A program made the translations under genes and the position numbers. A model generated the notes under the pieces. It saw only the letters and a list, made by a program, of their open reading frames with translations. It did no database searches and was not told the DNA's origin. A stretch of 63,415 nucleotides of DNA, counting the filler, from Octopus bimaculoides (Eukaryota), in assembly GCF_001194135.2 (NCBI RefSeq). It is 5 parts of 5 records of this genome, joined end to end, with 100 filler letters (N's around TTAATTAATTAA, not from the genome) between each part and the next. Parts side by side here need not be neighbours in the genome. Positions count along the whole stretch, not along the records: positions 32,515 to 43,870 come from NC_068981.1; positions 43,971 to 49,328 come from NC_068983.1; positions 49,429 to 63,415 come from NC_069000.1; 2 more parts are not named here. One strand, given 5' to 3'. Below are positions 37,460 through 50,225 of this stretch, in pieces (the first letter of the stretch is position 1; each line of letters opens with the position of its first letter).

Positions 37460-38116
37460 ATCACGCTATATTTCATGTTGAGAACAATTTAGGTCTTATT
37501 AGACACAAGATGTGATCTATTTCTAGCACATTGAATGTCCACGTTAGTGGTCAACGTCATATATAAAAATGTACTTTAATCCCCTGAGATTGCAGATACT
37601 GTTTCTGAATCTCTTTGATTCTTTAAATGTGCTAGCTTCCTGGTAATTAATTGATATTAATTAATATATGATTTTTTGCCATATTTTTTAATAATATATT
37701 AACCCTTACCGAGTTCTCATACTGGATATATGCGACGCAGTAAATATTCTCTGCAGACATATTCCTGGAATTAGCGCGCCAAAACGAAGACTTTTGAATT
37801 TTACCATTAAGCTGTAATTAGCAGAACCATATACACGCGCACCTATGGCGGTGGGCAACTTTGTATGGGGTTCTGATGATTATGGTTCCATTACAAATCA
37901 GGCTGAAGAGAAATAGACAGTAGGTAAGATTGTTAAATTTGAAACCGGTCCCTGTTTAAGAATGTTCCTTTTTCGGTGATTTTAAATGTCTTGCCCGCTT
38001 ACGTTTTGTTATCACGGTATATTTCATGTTGAGAACAATTTAGGTCTTATTAGACACAAGATGTGATCTATTTCTAGCACATTGAATGTCCACGTTAGTG
38101 GTCAACGTCATATATA

Positions 38117-38121
<5 letters not shown>
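37460..38121. repeat. 110-bp direct repeat (37460-37570 and 38011-38121)
   Basis: About 1 mismatch, 551 bp apart. Confidence 0.9.
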
Positions 38122-38158
<37 letters not shown>

Positions 38159-38244
38159 TATATATACATATATATGCATATATATATATGTATATACAAA
38201 CATATATACACACATTTATAAACAAATATATATANNNNNNNNNN

Positions 38245-38293
<49 letters not shown>

Positions 38294-38477
38294 GGACATA
38301 TACACTCATATGGAAGACAGGAAATAAAAAACAACACTTGTAAGGGGGTGATGCTCATTTACAACCATCACATGATGTCAGGACAAGGTTACACACATGA
38401 ATATATATATACATAAATATACAAGCTTCTTTCAGTTTCTGTCTACTAAATTCACTCTCAAGTCTTTGGCTGGTAGT

Positions 38478-39580
38478 GAGACATGAGCTCTGAATGCAGA
38501 AGACATGCATAGACTGGAGAGAAATGAAGGCACTATGCCCTGTTGGATGTGTAACATGTAAACAAAGTGAAAATGTATTGAGAGAAAAATTGAGCATAAG
38601 AGGAAATAAATGTAGCATACAAGAGAGAAGATTATGTTGCTTTGGACATGTGATGCATATGAATGATGACAGTTGCATAAAGAAGAGCTGATCACTGAAA
38701 GCAGAGGGTACCCGTGGAAGGGGAAAACCCAGGAAGACATGAGATGAAGTGGTAAGGATCGATCTCAGGATGTTGGGCCTCACAGAGGAAATGGCAATTG
38801 ATTGAGATGTCTGGTGATATGAAGTTCTTGAGAAGATAGAGGTCTAGAAGTGCTGTGCGTTCCACCCACACATAACAAGAAAACTTTTCACATACCCTAC
38901 CCCAACAAACCAAACTACATCTCTTCATCACATTTCCTCCTTCATATGCTACACTTACCTCTCACTCCCTAATCCTGTCCTCATGGCTCTGTTTCTCTAT
39001 ATCATTGCTATCTAGTAGCCCCACCCGCCTCTATTTACCCAAGTTTTCACCACTCACTGCATTCTCCTTGCCCACTCTCTACTCATGCTTCTTCAGCAAT
39101 GTTCAGTCACTTATACTATGACCTTTGAACCTCAAGGGTATGCCCTGGCACTTGCCACCATCTATTTCTCTCTTCTTTTACTCAACCATCCCATTTATAT
39201 TCTGACCCCCATCCTTTGCGAGTATGCCTGGCACTTTGCCACCATCTCTATTCTGATGTCTCTCACTCTCTTTCTCCTTCTCCTGCTTTTCCCTCAGGTT
39301 GGGTAACCATGTATCTCCTTTATGGTAGTACACCTGTTTCTATCCTCATTCCTACTCTCTTTCTCTCTCCGGCTGGGTAACCTTATACTTCCTCTACAGC
39401 AAGACACCTGTTTCTGTCTCTCTGTTTCACTATAACCTTTCATCATCTGACACAAGATCACCTCCTCCAATTCCCCCTCCCCTCTCAAAAGATTTTTGTC
39501 TTATAAGTTATGTGGTGACCCTGCCAGTGCAGGTGCCACTTAAAAAGCATCCAGTCTACACAGCAGTGTATTTGTTGAGA
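38478..39580 (+). mobile_element. RTE-clade LINE 3' fragment with long pyrimidine-rich UTR
   Basis: VLREKLSIRGNKCSIQERRLCCFGHVMHMNDDSCIKK...EGTRGRGKPRKT; UTR contains internal duplications. Confidence 0.75.
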
Positions 39581-39599
39581 GGACAGCTTCCCCCTCTGG

Positions 39600-40065
39600 T
39601 CGCCAGCTAGGGATTAAAAAAGAGGAACATGGTGCATATTGCCACCCCTCTGAAGTGGGGTGTGTGATAGCTGTGTGAACAGAAGGTTAAGTTAGAGTGT
39701 ATGTTGTATAATATAGAGGAGTGAGGGTGTAGTCAGTTATAGATAGAGTTAGTGAAGGTATGGTGGATGGACTACATAGTTCACATAAAGGTGAAGCAGC
39801 CAGAGTATAATATTATGAGGATGATGTAGTCAGCACAGGTGGTGCAGAGATGTGAGATAGGAGATGGAGTGCTATAAAAAAGGAGAGGGACAGGTGAAGG
39901 GAGAGCAAGGTGAGCAATAGGCATGTTGAGGAAGCAGCAAGATGAGGTTTGGCAGAGTACAAGATATCACAGCTTCTAAATACTACCCTTGTGTTAGGGT
40001 ATGTTTAGCCATGAGTGGTCAGCATCATGTGTTGCAGAACAGCATAGTCCATTATCATCTGCACT
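39600..40065 (-). mobile_element. Possible second, older RTE-type 3' UTR in opposite orientation
   Basis: Purine-rich mirror composition of 38850-39500; no clear protein motif. Confidence 0.3.
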
Positions 40066-40070
40066 ATGTA

Positions 40071-41354
40071 TTAGGTTGTCAAGAAAGTTCTTGCAGTTTT
40101 TAACCTTCAAATTCAGATGCACATATCTCGGCTCAAACAAAACTTCATTAATCGAAATAAAAACCATCAGAATCAACACACTTTTGCCAATGCAAAACAA
40201 GTTTATTTATGCCAGTAGCGTAAAAATCCTACGTTCTGGTGGCAATGAAGTCGTTGAAGACGTGTTTGGTATCATCTTGGGTTTTGAAGCATTTCTCATG
40301 CAGGAAGTTGTTGAGATACTTGAAAAAGTGGTAGTCGGTAGGCGAGAGGTCTATTGAGTATAGCAGACGAGGTAGAGTTTTGTAGCCCAATTCGTTCAAC
40401 TTCTGCAAGGTCAGTTGTGCGACGTGCAGCCAATTCTTCTCCAAGTCGTGGAGAAGAATTGGTCCTTTTCTATTGACCAATGCTGGCTGTTGTTGTCAAG
40501 AGTTTCTTATGCATTTCATCCATTTGCTGACAGTACTTCTCCGCTGTAATGGTTTCACCTGGATCCAAAAAGCTGTGATGGATGAGACCAGCTGCAGACC
40601 ACCAAACAGTCACCATGACCTTCTTTTGGTGCAACTTTGGCTTTGGGAAGTGCCGTGGAGCTTCGTCGGCATCCAACCACTGAACTGTGCATCACCGGTT
40701 GTCGTAAAGAATCTTCTTTTCATTGCAAGTCACAATCCGGTCAAAAAACGGGTCATTCTTGTTGTGTAAAAGAACGGCATTTTTTTTTTTTTTTTTTTGG
40801 TTGTCATTCAATTCATGCAGCACCCATTTCTCAAGTATTTTAGTTTTTCCAATCTCTTTCAAGTGGTTGGAAATTGTCGTATACGTTACACCTAATTCAG
40901 AAGCAAGTTCTCGAACAGTTGTGCGTGGATTGGCTTCCACTAAGGCTCTTAGTTGATCGTTGTCAACATCCGATGGCCTACCACTACGCTTATCATCTTC
41001 AAGACTCTCATCACTGCTACAAAATGTCTTGAACCACCAAAGTGCTGTGCATTCATTAGTGGTTCTGGGCCAAACGCATCGCTGATAACGCAAGCTGTTT
41101 CAGCAGCTTTTCGGCCTAGCTTGAACTGTAATAAGAAAATTGTGCAAATTTGCTTTTTAAACATGTTGTATTCAACGTTCCGGAAAAAATGGCCTAATTA
41201 TTCAAAAAAGAAAAAGAGTAACACGATTAGATAGAGCGAAAAACGTGCTTTCGAATGAGACATAAAGTCAAAGTAATTTAACGAAAATTAATTTGAAAAT
41301 ACATAATTTAAAACCAAAATTAAAAATTCCGCAAGTACTTTCTTGACAACCTAA
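40071..41354 (-). mobile_element. Full-length but inactivated mariner (Hsmar1/cecropia-like) with both TIRs and TA duplication
   Basis: TA|TTAGGTTGTCAAGAAAG...CTTTTCTTGACAACCTAA|TA, 1284 bp; frameshifted transposase with FKLGRKAAET, WVLHEL, DRIVTCNEK, KKVMVTVWWS, GPILLHD, YSIDLSPTDYHFF. Confidence 0.95.
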
Positions 41355-42739
41355 TATATGTGTGTGTACGTATATATGTGTGTGTGTGCGCACGCGTATG
41401 AGTGTGTATGTGCATATCTACATGATATATACATACATAAATACAGAGAGAGAATACATATACACTCACATCCATGTGTGTGCATGTTCGTCGACATACA
41501 CACACACACGTGTATGTGGTGTATTTTTTGATATAGTTCCATATTTCTGAGATTTGCTGAGGTGAAGAAAATATATGAAGCCTGTCTTTTCAGGCACCTG
41601 TGAACTAGGTGTAAAGATTTCCCGTTAGTGTTTAATATACGTCTAAGAAATTTGCTTTCATTTTGATGTGTCGTTGATACAGAATCCATATCTTAGATGG
41701 TGTGATAACGCAAGGATCGTAGATGCAAAATTTCGTGGAAAGCTTTAAGTCCCGTCTGACCAGGCTGGTTTCTTTTCTGTCTCAGACACAACTGAAACCT
41801 CAATCTAGTTTGATCTCGAAATTTAGAGATCCATCTCTGGAAATGAGCTGCCAAGATATACAAATATTCCCCTCCATCTTAATTCTGTTCCTTAGATAAG
41901 TATATTTAGGTCCACATATTTCTTTCCTGTAACTTGTGTAAACATCATCTTTGTTTACCTCAAGTCCGAAAGCAATAAACTTTCACTAGAAACATACATA
42001 GCACAAAAGAATAAGCTTTATATTATATTCACTCTGAACAGAGTTAACGATTCTTTGGATTAGGCAGGAGTGACAATTTCTCAGGCGAACATTCTGGAGT
42101 GATGATTTTTCAGATGATCCGGAAATACAACCCAACACGTGTGTTTTAATTTTTATAATGACTCTAAAACGATCCAGTTGTTATGGGTGTTTTTACACGC
42201 AAGACTATACCTAAAACGAATTTTAAAAACAAAAAGGACAGAAATACAGAAAAGACTGCCCTTACATTTTCAACGTATTCTGCAAAAAAAAAAATAAAAT
42301 AACGGTGACAATTTTATAATATTTAGATATACGTAGAAAAATAACGAAATTTATTCATAGAAAGCGACATGCATCATATAGTTGTGGGAAAATAAATAAA
42401 GGGAAGAAACATTTCACTTAGCGTTGATTTGATGATAATGTTAAGTCGATCTGGACAGGTCAAACGATAAAGAGAAGAAGAAGAAGAAAAAACATTAAGT
42501 TGCTAACCTTGGACTGTACCTTGCGCATTGTCAGCAACAAACGACGAAGCCACGTTGGTATGCTACTACAACAATACAAGATAAGCTTTTAATACTGATT
42601 AAAAGTAAAATAAATTAACGTGAGAGGAGGGTAAACAAATATACACTTTGCCAGATGCGATAAAAAGTCGGAAGCAACCTATACACAATCGTTTATCCAC
42701 CACCTCACCAACATCACCACTCCCATTTGCACCCCACCG

Positions 42740-43040
42740 ACTTTCTTTCTTTCTCTTTCCTTTCTTTCTTTCTTTCTTTCTTTTTTCTTTCTTTCTTTCT
42801 TCAGTCTTTTAATTCCTGTTTTACCCAAAGCACGCGCGCGCATCTCTTTCTCTCTCTCTCTCTCTCTCCCTCTCCCTCTCTCTGTCTATCTATCTATCTA
42901 TCTGTCTATCTTTCTATCTGTCTATCTTTCTATCTGTCTGTCTATCTTTCTATCTGTCTGTCTATCTGTTTGTCTACCTGTCTGTCGACCTGTCTGTCTG
43001 TCCGTCCGTTCGTCCGTCCGTCTGTCTGTCTGTCTGTCGG
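42740..43040. repeat. Compound (CTTT)/(CT)/(CTAT)/(CTGT) microsatellite
   Basis: Direct reading. Confidence 0.9.
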
Positions 43041-43090
43041 TCTGTATGTACGTCTGTCTGTCTAGCCATTTACAAACATACACCCATATT

Positions 43091-43120
<30 letters not shown>

Positions 43121-43121
<1 letters not shown>

Positions 43122-43587
43122 CATTGTTCAGTTTTATTTCAAGATTACTTGCCAACAGAAAAAGAGCTAGATTCAAGGCTCTTTCATTGGAATTTCAACA
43201 CCAACAACAGAGTATTTTTGTTTGTATCTGAGTATGTATGTATATGTGCAAATTTATGTTTTGCTTTATGTATGTATTCTCATGCATATATAAAGATCAG
43301 CAAAAAAGAGAATACCTATGCTGAACTATTGAAAAATATGCAGTTACTCTATCTAGATTACAAGTTTAGGTTTATACCTGTAATTATTGGAGCCCTGGGA
43401 TATGTAACACATGACCTAAATACCAATCTTGAGAAATTAGGCTCCTCAAAACCAGAAAAGAGAAAGCTAATTTGAAGACTACAGATTCAGACCATCACTG
43501 GAACAGTTCTCAAGATTGGTATTTAGGTCTTGTGTTACATATCCCAGGGCCCCAATAATTACAGGTATAAACCTAAACTTGTAATCT
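43121..43587 (-). mobile_element. Rearranged R4/Dong-like lineage 2 copy: 3' UTR (-), inverted coding piece (+), second inverted piece (-)
   Basis: 43121-43292 matches the UTR at 28890-29060 in reverse; 43293-43504 reads KISKKENTYAELLKNMQLLYLDYKFRFIPVIIGALGYV on +; 43507-43587 is the reverse complement of 43355-43435. Confidence 0.8.
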
Positions 43588-44122
43588 TGATGTCTCAGTA
43601 TATACACGTATATCTATACACACACTCATCCACACTCACACACACACATACACACACACATCCACATACATCTACTTAAGTGTGTGTGTGTGTGTGTGTT
43701 AGTCTGGACCTTTCAAGTGTAATAAAAGTAGTTGTTGAAACAATAGACATTCAAAATATAGAATATATAATATACATACACATACACAACACACATTCAA
43801 ACACATACAATACATTCACACACACACACACATATATATATATATGTGTGTGTATATATACATATATATANNNNNNNNNNNNNNNNNNNNNNNNNNNNNN
43901 NNNNNNNNNNNNNNTTAATTAATTAANNNNNNNNNNNNNNNNNNNNNNNNNNNNNNNNNNNNNNNNNNNNAAAGCACGTTATAAAAATAAAACTACTGAA
44001 CAATAATAATAATAATAATATAGATTTACTCAAAAGATTAAATGTGGTACTTAAAATGTATGTGGCACCAGAATTTGGTAGGGTAAAAACCAAAAACAAA
44101 ATCAAGAGATTTGGTGAACAAA

Positions 44123-44229
44123 ATTTGAAGAAAAGCAACAAAAATGTATTAGGTTATAGCAGTACGTACGTTCCGTACAAACGTACGTACTGCTATAACC
44201 TAATACATTTTTGTTGCTTTTCTTCAAAT
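44123..44229. repeat. Perfect 50-bp inverted repeat with 7-nt loop
   Basis: 44123-44172 is the exact reverse complement of 44180-44229. Confidence 0.95.
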
Positions 44230-44626
44230 ATATATATATATGTGTATGCATGTATGTATGTATGTATGTATGTATGTATAACACTTAAAAACAGATTATT
44301 AAATAGCTACTTAGTGGCATTGGCAGTGAGCTTAAGAAGTTAGCTTCGCAACCACTTCCTTCTAAGTTCGATACATATACGATATGTAATGTGTACTTTT
44401 TTGTTGTTCGTTATAAACAATGCTCACACATGTATATTTTTTGTTTACATATATAGTTGTATATAAAAACACTTGGCAGGAATTGAAAGATCACTCACTA
44501 TCGCAGTAATTTTTATAAGAAAATATTGATAGCAATTTCCGCCGGTGAAACGTAAAAGTCAGTATAAAATTTTTTGTTTCATATATAGATGTGTGTATAT
44601 ATATCGTGCTAGTTTGGCAGTAGCCA

Positions 44627-44668
<42 letters not shown>

Positions 44669-45396
44669 CATGTAAAATACAGTGTACATTTAATACACAT
44701 TAGAGATGCCCATAAAAGGACATCTAACCCGCTNNNNNNNNNNNNNNNNNNNNNNNNNNNNNNNNNNNNNNNNNNNNNNNNNNNNNNNNNNNNNNNNNNN
44801 NNNNNNNNNNNNNNNNNNNNNNNNNNNNNNNNNNNNNNNNNNNNNNNNNNNNNNNNNNNNNNNNNNNNNNNNNNNNNNNNNNNNNNNNNNNNNNNNNNNN
44901 NNNNNNNNNNNNNNNNNNNNNNNNNNNNNNNNNNNNNNNNNNNNNNNNNNNNNNNNNNNNNNNNNNNNNNNNNNNNNNNNNNNNNNNNNNNNNNNNNNNN
45001 NNNNNNNNNNNNNNNNNNNNNNNNNNNNNNNNNNNNNNNNNNNNNNNNNNNNNNNNNNNNNNNNNNNNNNNNNNNNNNNNNNNNNNNNNNNNNNNNNNNN
45101 NNNNNNNNNNNNNNNNNNNNNNNNNNNNNNNNNNNNNNNNNNNNNNNNNNNNNNNNNNNNNNNNNNNNNNNNNNNNNNNNNNNNNNNNNNNNNNNNNNNN
45201 NNNNNNNNNNNNNNNNNNNNNNNNNNNNNNNNNNNNNNNNNNNNNNNNNNNNNNNNNNNNNNNNNNNNNNNNNNNNNNNNNNNNNNNNNNNNNNNNNNNN
45301 NNNNNNNNNNNNNNNNNNNNNNNNNNNNNNNNNNNNNNNNNNNNNNNNNNNNGACCTGTGCATATATGCCTAATTTTTCAAAAATTACCTCGCATA

Positions 45397-45437
<41 letters not shown>

Positions 45438-45439
45438 TA

Positions 45440-45592
45440 GGCGCAGGCGTGGCTGTGTGGTATGAAGCTTGCTTCCCAGCCACATAGTTCCAGGTTCAGT
45501 GCCATTGCGTGGCACCTTCTCTTCTACTATAACCTCGGGCCAAAGTCTTGTGAGTGGCTTTGGTAGACGGAAACTGAAAGATTCCCGTCGTA
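45440..45592 (+). mobile_element. CORE-type SINE (OR2-like), 5' half
   Basis: GGCGCAGGCGTGGCTGTGTGGTATGAAGCTTGCTTCCC...GACGGAAACTGAAAG. Confidence 0.88.
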
Positions 45593-45594
45593 TG

Positions 45595-45633
<39 letters not shown>

Positions 45634-45723
45634 ATGTATTATGTATGTAAGATAAATAAATAGATAAGTAAAAAACATATATCTATGTGCATCGACATAT
45701 ATTTATATTTATATATATATGTA

Positions 45724-47612
45724 CTAGCAGAAATACCCGGGTTAAAGAAAATAATGAAACTTATTTTGCCTTTTAGATCTTTAACTAACATGAGACATAG
45801 ACTACGCAGGTCTCACCTCCTAGTAGCTGAGATACCAACTTTATACGTTAATAACCCGGCGTTTCCCAGGTTATTGAATATAATAAAATTTGAGTATGCC
45901 GTTTAAAACTCTGAGTATAATGAAACATGGTTTATGCAGTTCTCAACAATTATTAGCTGAGGTACCAACTGTATATATCAATAACATGTTTTGTCCGATG
46001 TTTTCACTGTTAAAATTCTGTTTAAAAAAAGCAGGTAGTTCTTTGTCTTTGCAATCACCTTCAATTGTCAGTACTTATTTGAAACACGTTGAACTTGAAA
46101 ATGCATAAATTTGAGCTATTAATAGATACATTTAACAAAGATTCTATCAAATGACGTGAGTATAAACAAATGTATTGAAACAAATCCGGAGATCAATCAC
46201 AGTTTAATTATCCAGAGCTTCTAAATATACAATGTTTTGAATGTGTCCTTTAATTGGCGTATAAATGAAAAGATTTTGGGGACTTCCAACTCGCGAACAT
46301 CCTACATATAATCGCCCATGAGAGAAGAAAGGAGAAGCAAGGTGAAGTCCAACAACTTTGAGAGACTGTCCTTGAGATTTGCTTATTGACAGAGTGAAAC
46401 TTAGCTTCACTGGGAACTGGAACCGTTTAAATTCAAAGGAGAGGACATATGGGATTAAGGGACCCGTGGAATGAAGACATCTTCACCCTTATAAATTCCC
46501 AGTCATGATTGTTTCCTCTAGGACATAGGGTTGTATCGCTTTCACCACCAGTCTGGTGCCATTCCACAGACGAGGTGAATCCAGGTTCCTGAGCAGCATG
46601 ATTGGGGCCCACTTTTAAAATGTTAAAGTGGTGAAGTGGCATCTTAGATGGCTGTAGAGAGTTCAGGAACTCAGTTGGAAAAGCTACAGCCTGGTCCTGA
46701 TCAATGACAGTGTCGAGGGATTTGATAGACTGTTCTTGTCCTGGCAACAGCTGCAAGAGATCCCAGTTGATTTTGTGCATAGAGGACACAAACACAAACA
46801 ACATATTTTATATCGTAAGACAAATATATGTCTTATATATATATAAAACACACCTGTTCGCATATGAAAAAAAGGCCTCAATCTCCGTATGGAATCCATT
46901 TACACACATATATATGAAACAGGCCTGTTGACATTTGAAAAAGAAGGCGTCTATCTCCGTATTCAATGTATTTTCACGCACATACATTAATATATATCGT
47001 TACAGATCTGCTGACATATGAAAAAGAGGCAGCTATCTCCGTGTAGAATGTATTTACACACGCATAAATATACATCTTATATATGAAGCAGACCTGTTAA
47101 CACAGGAAATTTTTTTACAACATATGAAAAAGAGGCGTCTGTCTCCGAGTAGAATGTATTTTTAGACACACATAAATATATATCTTATATATGAAGCACC
47201 CCTGTTGACATTGGAAAATTTTTACAGAAATGAACCTGTACACACAGATACACAAATAGAAAGCTGGAGAAGAATATAAAAAATGAAATTAACTTTAGAA
47301 ATTCTTTTTTATCAGAAATCGTCACAACTGTAATGATGTATACATATGTGTGTGTGTAAATAACTGGTTACTTAGTTACTACGTCAGATCGCCAGACACA
47401 GGAAGTTGACATTGACAAAATGGTTTGAAGAAGTGAATCTTTATTATATATATAAAACAATATTATTTATTTTCAATAAAAAAATAAATCAAGACCGTAT
47501 TATTATTTCCCAGGTCAAATTATTCATGTACCCCAAGTATGATACAAATTGATCGAGAGGTTTGGCCGTGCATACACGATACACACACAGACAACGTATT
47601 CTATATAGTATG

Positions 47613-47613
<1 letters not shown>
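45724..47613 (-). mobile_element. Non-autonomous Helitron with both termini, retaining the Pif1-helicase C-terminus
   Basis: Minus strand A|TCATACTATATAG...CTAG|T; helicase motifs FPTEFLNSLQPS.MP.H and SISKSQGQSLKVVGLHL...FSHGRLYVGCSRV (46204-46770). Confidence 0.75.
46850..47225. repeat. Degenerate minisatellite (4 units, ~70-105 bp) inside the Helitron
   Basis: CATATGAAAAAGAGGCGTCTATCTCCGT-like core near 46861, 46932, 47014 and 47121. Confidence 0.8.
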
Positions 47614-47614
<1 letters not shown>

Positions 47615-47661
<47 letters not shown>

Positions 47662-47673
47662 TCTCTCTCTCTC

Positions 47674-47721
<48 letters not shown>

Positions 47722-48270
47722 GACTCAAATATAACTACATAGATACAATATACGAATATAGACCCATATAGATATATATAAATCATCGTACAAAAATTCA
47801 TACGAATATATAGAGTATATAGAGATACAAACACATATGCACGTACACACACGTACACGCACGCCCACACACATACACACACATATATAAACACTCACAC
47901 ACACACACACACGCACATACATATTTAAGTGGATGCATAAAAACTTATATAGAGACATACATATAGATATCTATGCATATATATATATATACATACACAC
48001 ATATAGAAACGTACATACGCATATATACATTTGCATGCACATATACACATAAATATACATAAATATACAGATACATATATACAGACACACGCACATACAT
48101 GAATCAAATACATATAAGAGATATATATGGGTACATATCTATATACACATATACGAAGCTACGTACTCACACATATAGATACATAGAAATATAATAATAT
48201 ACAAACATGCAACGATACATACCGATATACATGCATACATAAATAAGTACATGCACAGGGATACATTGAT
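47615..48270. repeat. Long degenerate (TA)/(CA) low-complexity tract
   Basis: Direct reading. Confidence 0.85.
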
Positions 48271-48289
48271 ATAGATATGAGGGAATATG

Positions 48290-49260
48290 GCCATCAGAAC
48301 AAGAAAGAGAGTAACAGATGTTCCAATAGGAGAAAGACTAAATTATCAGATGGTTAAGGTGAGATGTGAGTAAGCTACTGGTAGGGATCAACTGTAGCAT
48401 ATAGATCTAGAGAATCCGGTTGCAATGATTAAGGTTAAGTTAGATTCGATGTTCGTTTATAAGAGAGCTTAATATTCTAAGAATCTTGTGGTTTGCAATT
48501 GTTGATAAGTTAATTTCGTTTGAGTTGCTTCTTGGCTGCACAATCTGCATGGCTCTCGTTCTCCCGTGTACGGGATTGCAAATTTCACTATGTTCCATTG
48601 TAATATGTATTGGGTGTTTTGCTTTTAAACTGCCAGATATGATCAGTCAGTGAGGTTGAATAAGCCAATTTAGGGTTTTTGAACGAGTGAGTATGTGAGT
48701 AAAAGCATTTCTTAAAATTGTTGGCCGTAGTTGTTCTGGTAATCACTTGGCATCTGTAAATAATGTTTTTATCAAGATAGTTTTCTTTCAAAGGGCAGTC
48801 GAGTGTATTTTTGAAATTGCAGGTTTTAGCTGCGGGGGCTCCTCTGGTAGTAGGATATAATCATGTTTGATATTTGTTCAGAGTTAGCTGTAGAAATACT
48901 AGCAGGAGATGTCAAAGAACGATTATAGATTGAGTGACCAGTTTTGCTGAATGATGATCATTCTTCAGGTATAGAAGTGCGATTGAGAGTGTACGATGCT
49001 GGGAGTCAGGACCAGGTGAATTTAGAAGTTAACCATTAGGTATCGGAGAATATACAACTATTGTACTTTTTAGTTTAAAGTTACAAGTCCATGCAATAGT
49101 ATCTGCAATGGTATCTGCAAGGTTAGGGGTTGTAGAGTACGATGGCTTAACGGTATATTTGAGATAAGGTGGAATGTTAATTTTTAAGGAGAGGGAAGAA
49201 AATTTCTCCATGTGATCGGCTTGAAAAATTAAGACATTAAGATATTTTTCTTAACATGAA
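48290..49260 (-). mobile_element. Decayed Penelope-like element (linker and GIY-YIG region)
   Basis: TVKPSYSTTPNLA; LDKNIIYRCQV...TANNFKKCFYSHTHSFKNPKLAYSTSLTDHIWQ; PCRLC. Confidence 0.75.
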
Positions 49261-49275
49261 CCAATAGTAGCCTTA

Positions 49276-49328
<53 letters not shown>

Positions 49329-49959
49329 NNNNNNNNNNNNNNNNNNNNNNNNNNNNNNNNNNNNNNNNNNNNTTAATTAATTAANNNNNNNNNNNNNNNN
49401 NNNNNNNNNNNNNNNNNNNNNNNNNNNNGTTACTGCTTCAGTTCAGCATTCTGCTAAGTATGTGCTGCACATGTTCAATGTATATCACCTATTTCGGAAG
49501 AAAATAGCGCGAATTTTCATTAAGGAGTATTCTGTGTACTTCTTTATGTCATATTGGCCATATTTGACCACTGCACTCTTCTAAGATATTTCCAAATTTT
49601 GTTGAATGCGTCCTTTGTCAGGTTAGTGACATCAGAGGCATTTTGCTCGCGATAGCCTTCACAAAATATATTATTGTAGAGCATTGCCCGTGAACTCGTA
49701 AGAGACAAACTATAAACGTGGACCTTTGTTGCAGACTAGTTAAGGAACTGCTCGGACGAAAAGGAACTTCCAGTCAGACAGGAAAGAATCCAGGATTTTT
49801 ATGTAATACTAGATCACTCCCTCTCACGTGTTATAGATGCTTAATACACAAGGAACAACACTTCAACATATCCTTGTTTGTGGTTAGTTTTACGTATAGC
49901 TTAGCAAAAGCTAAGAGTGGTGACCCAAACATGATGTGATGAAGTATTGTTTATTGCGT

Positions 49960-50225
49960 ATTAAACATCCACTATGAGTGCGGTCGGTGCTAATATATGA
50001 GGCCTGGAAAGAATGGTTGCTTTAAAGAGCTTTTTTTGTGGATTCGAAGGCTGAGGTCATTGCCCTGTCCCATTCCACCTGTTTTTGTTTTTTACTTTTT
50101 CCTGATAGCGCCTTGTACGATCGATGGGACCCCCATCTCATCAATCTTGCTGCAGAGGGAATGGAACGACGATAAAAGTTTACCATACCCACAAACTTGT
50201 GCAGAGCCTTGCTTATGGTGGCGAG
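49960..50225 (-). mobile_element. Ty3/gypsy pol fragment (RT connection region)
   Basis: LHKFVGMVNFYRRSIPSAARLM...YKALSGK...WDRAMTSAFESTKKAL. Confidence 0.8.

Noticed and set aside
46850-47225. Repeat-spacer pattern resembling a CRISPR array
   Set aside because: Repeats are degenerate, spacers are related to each other and vary in length, the context is a eukaryotic Helitron, and there are no cas genes
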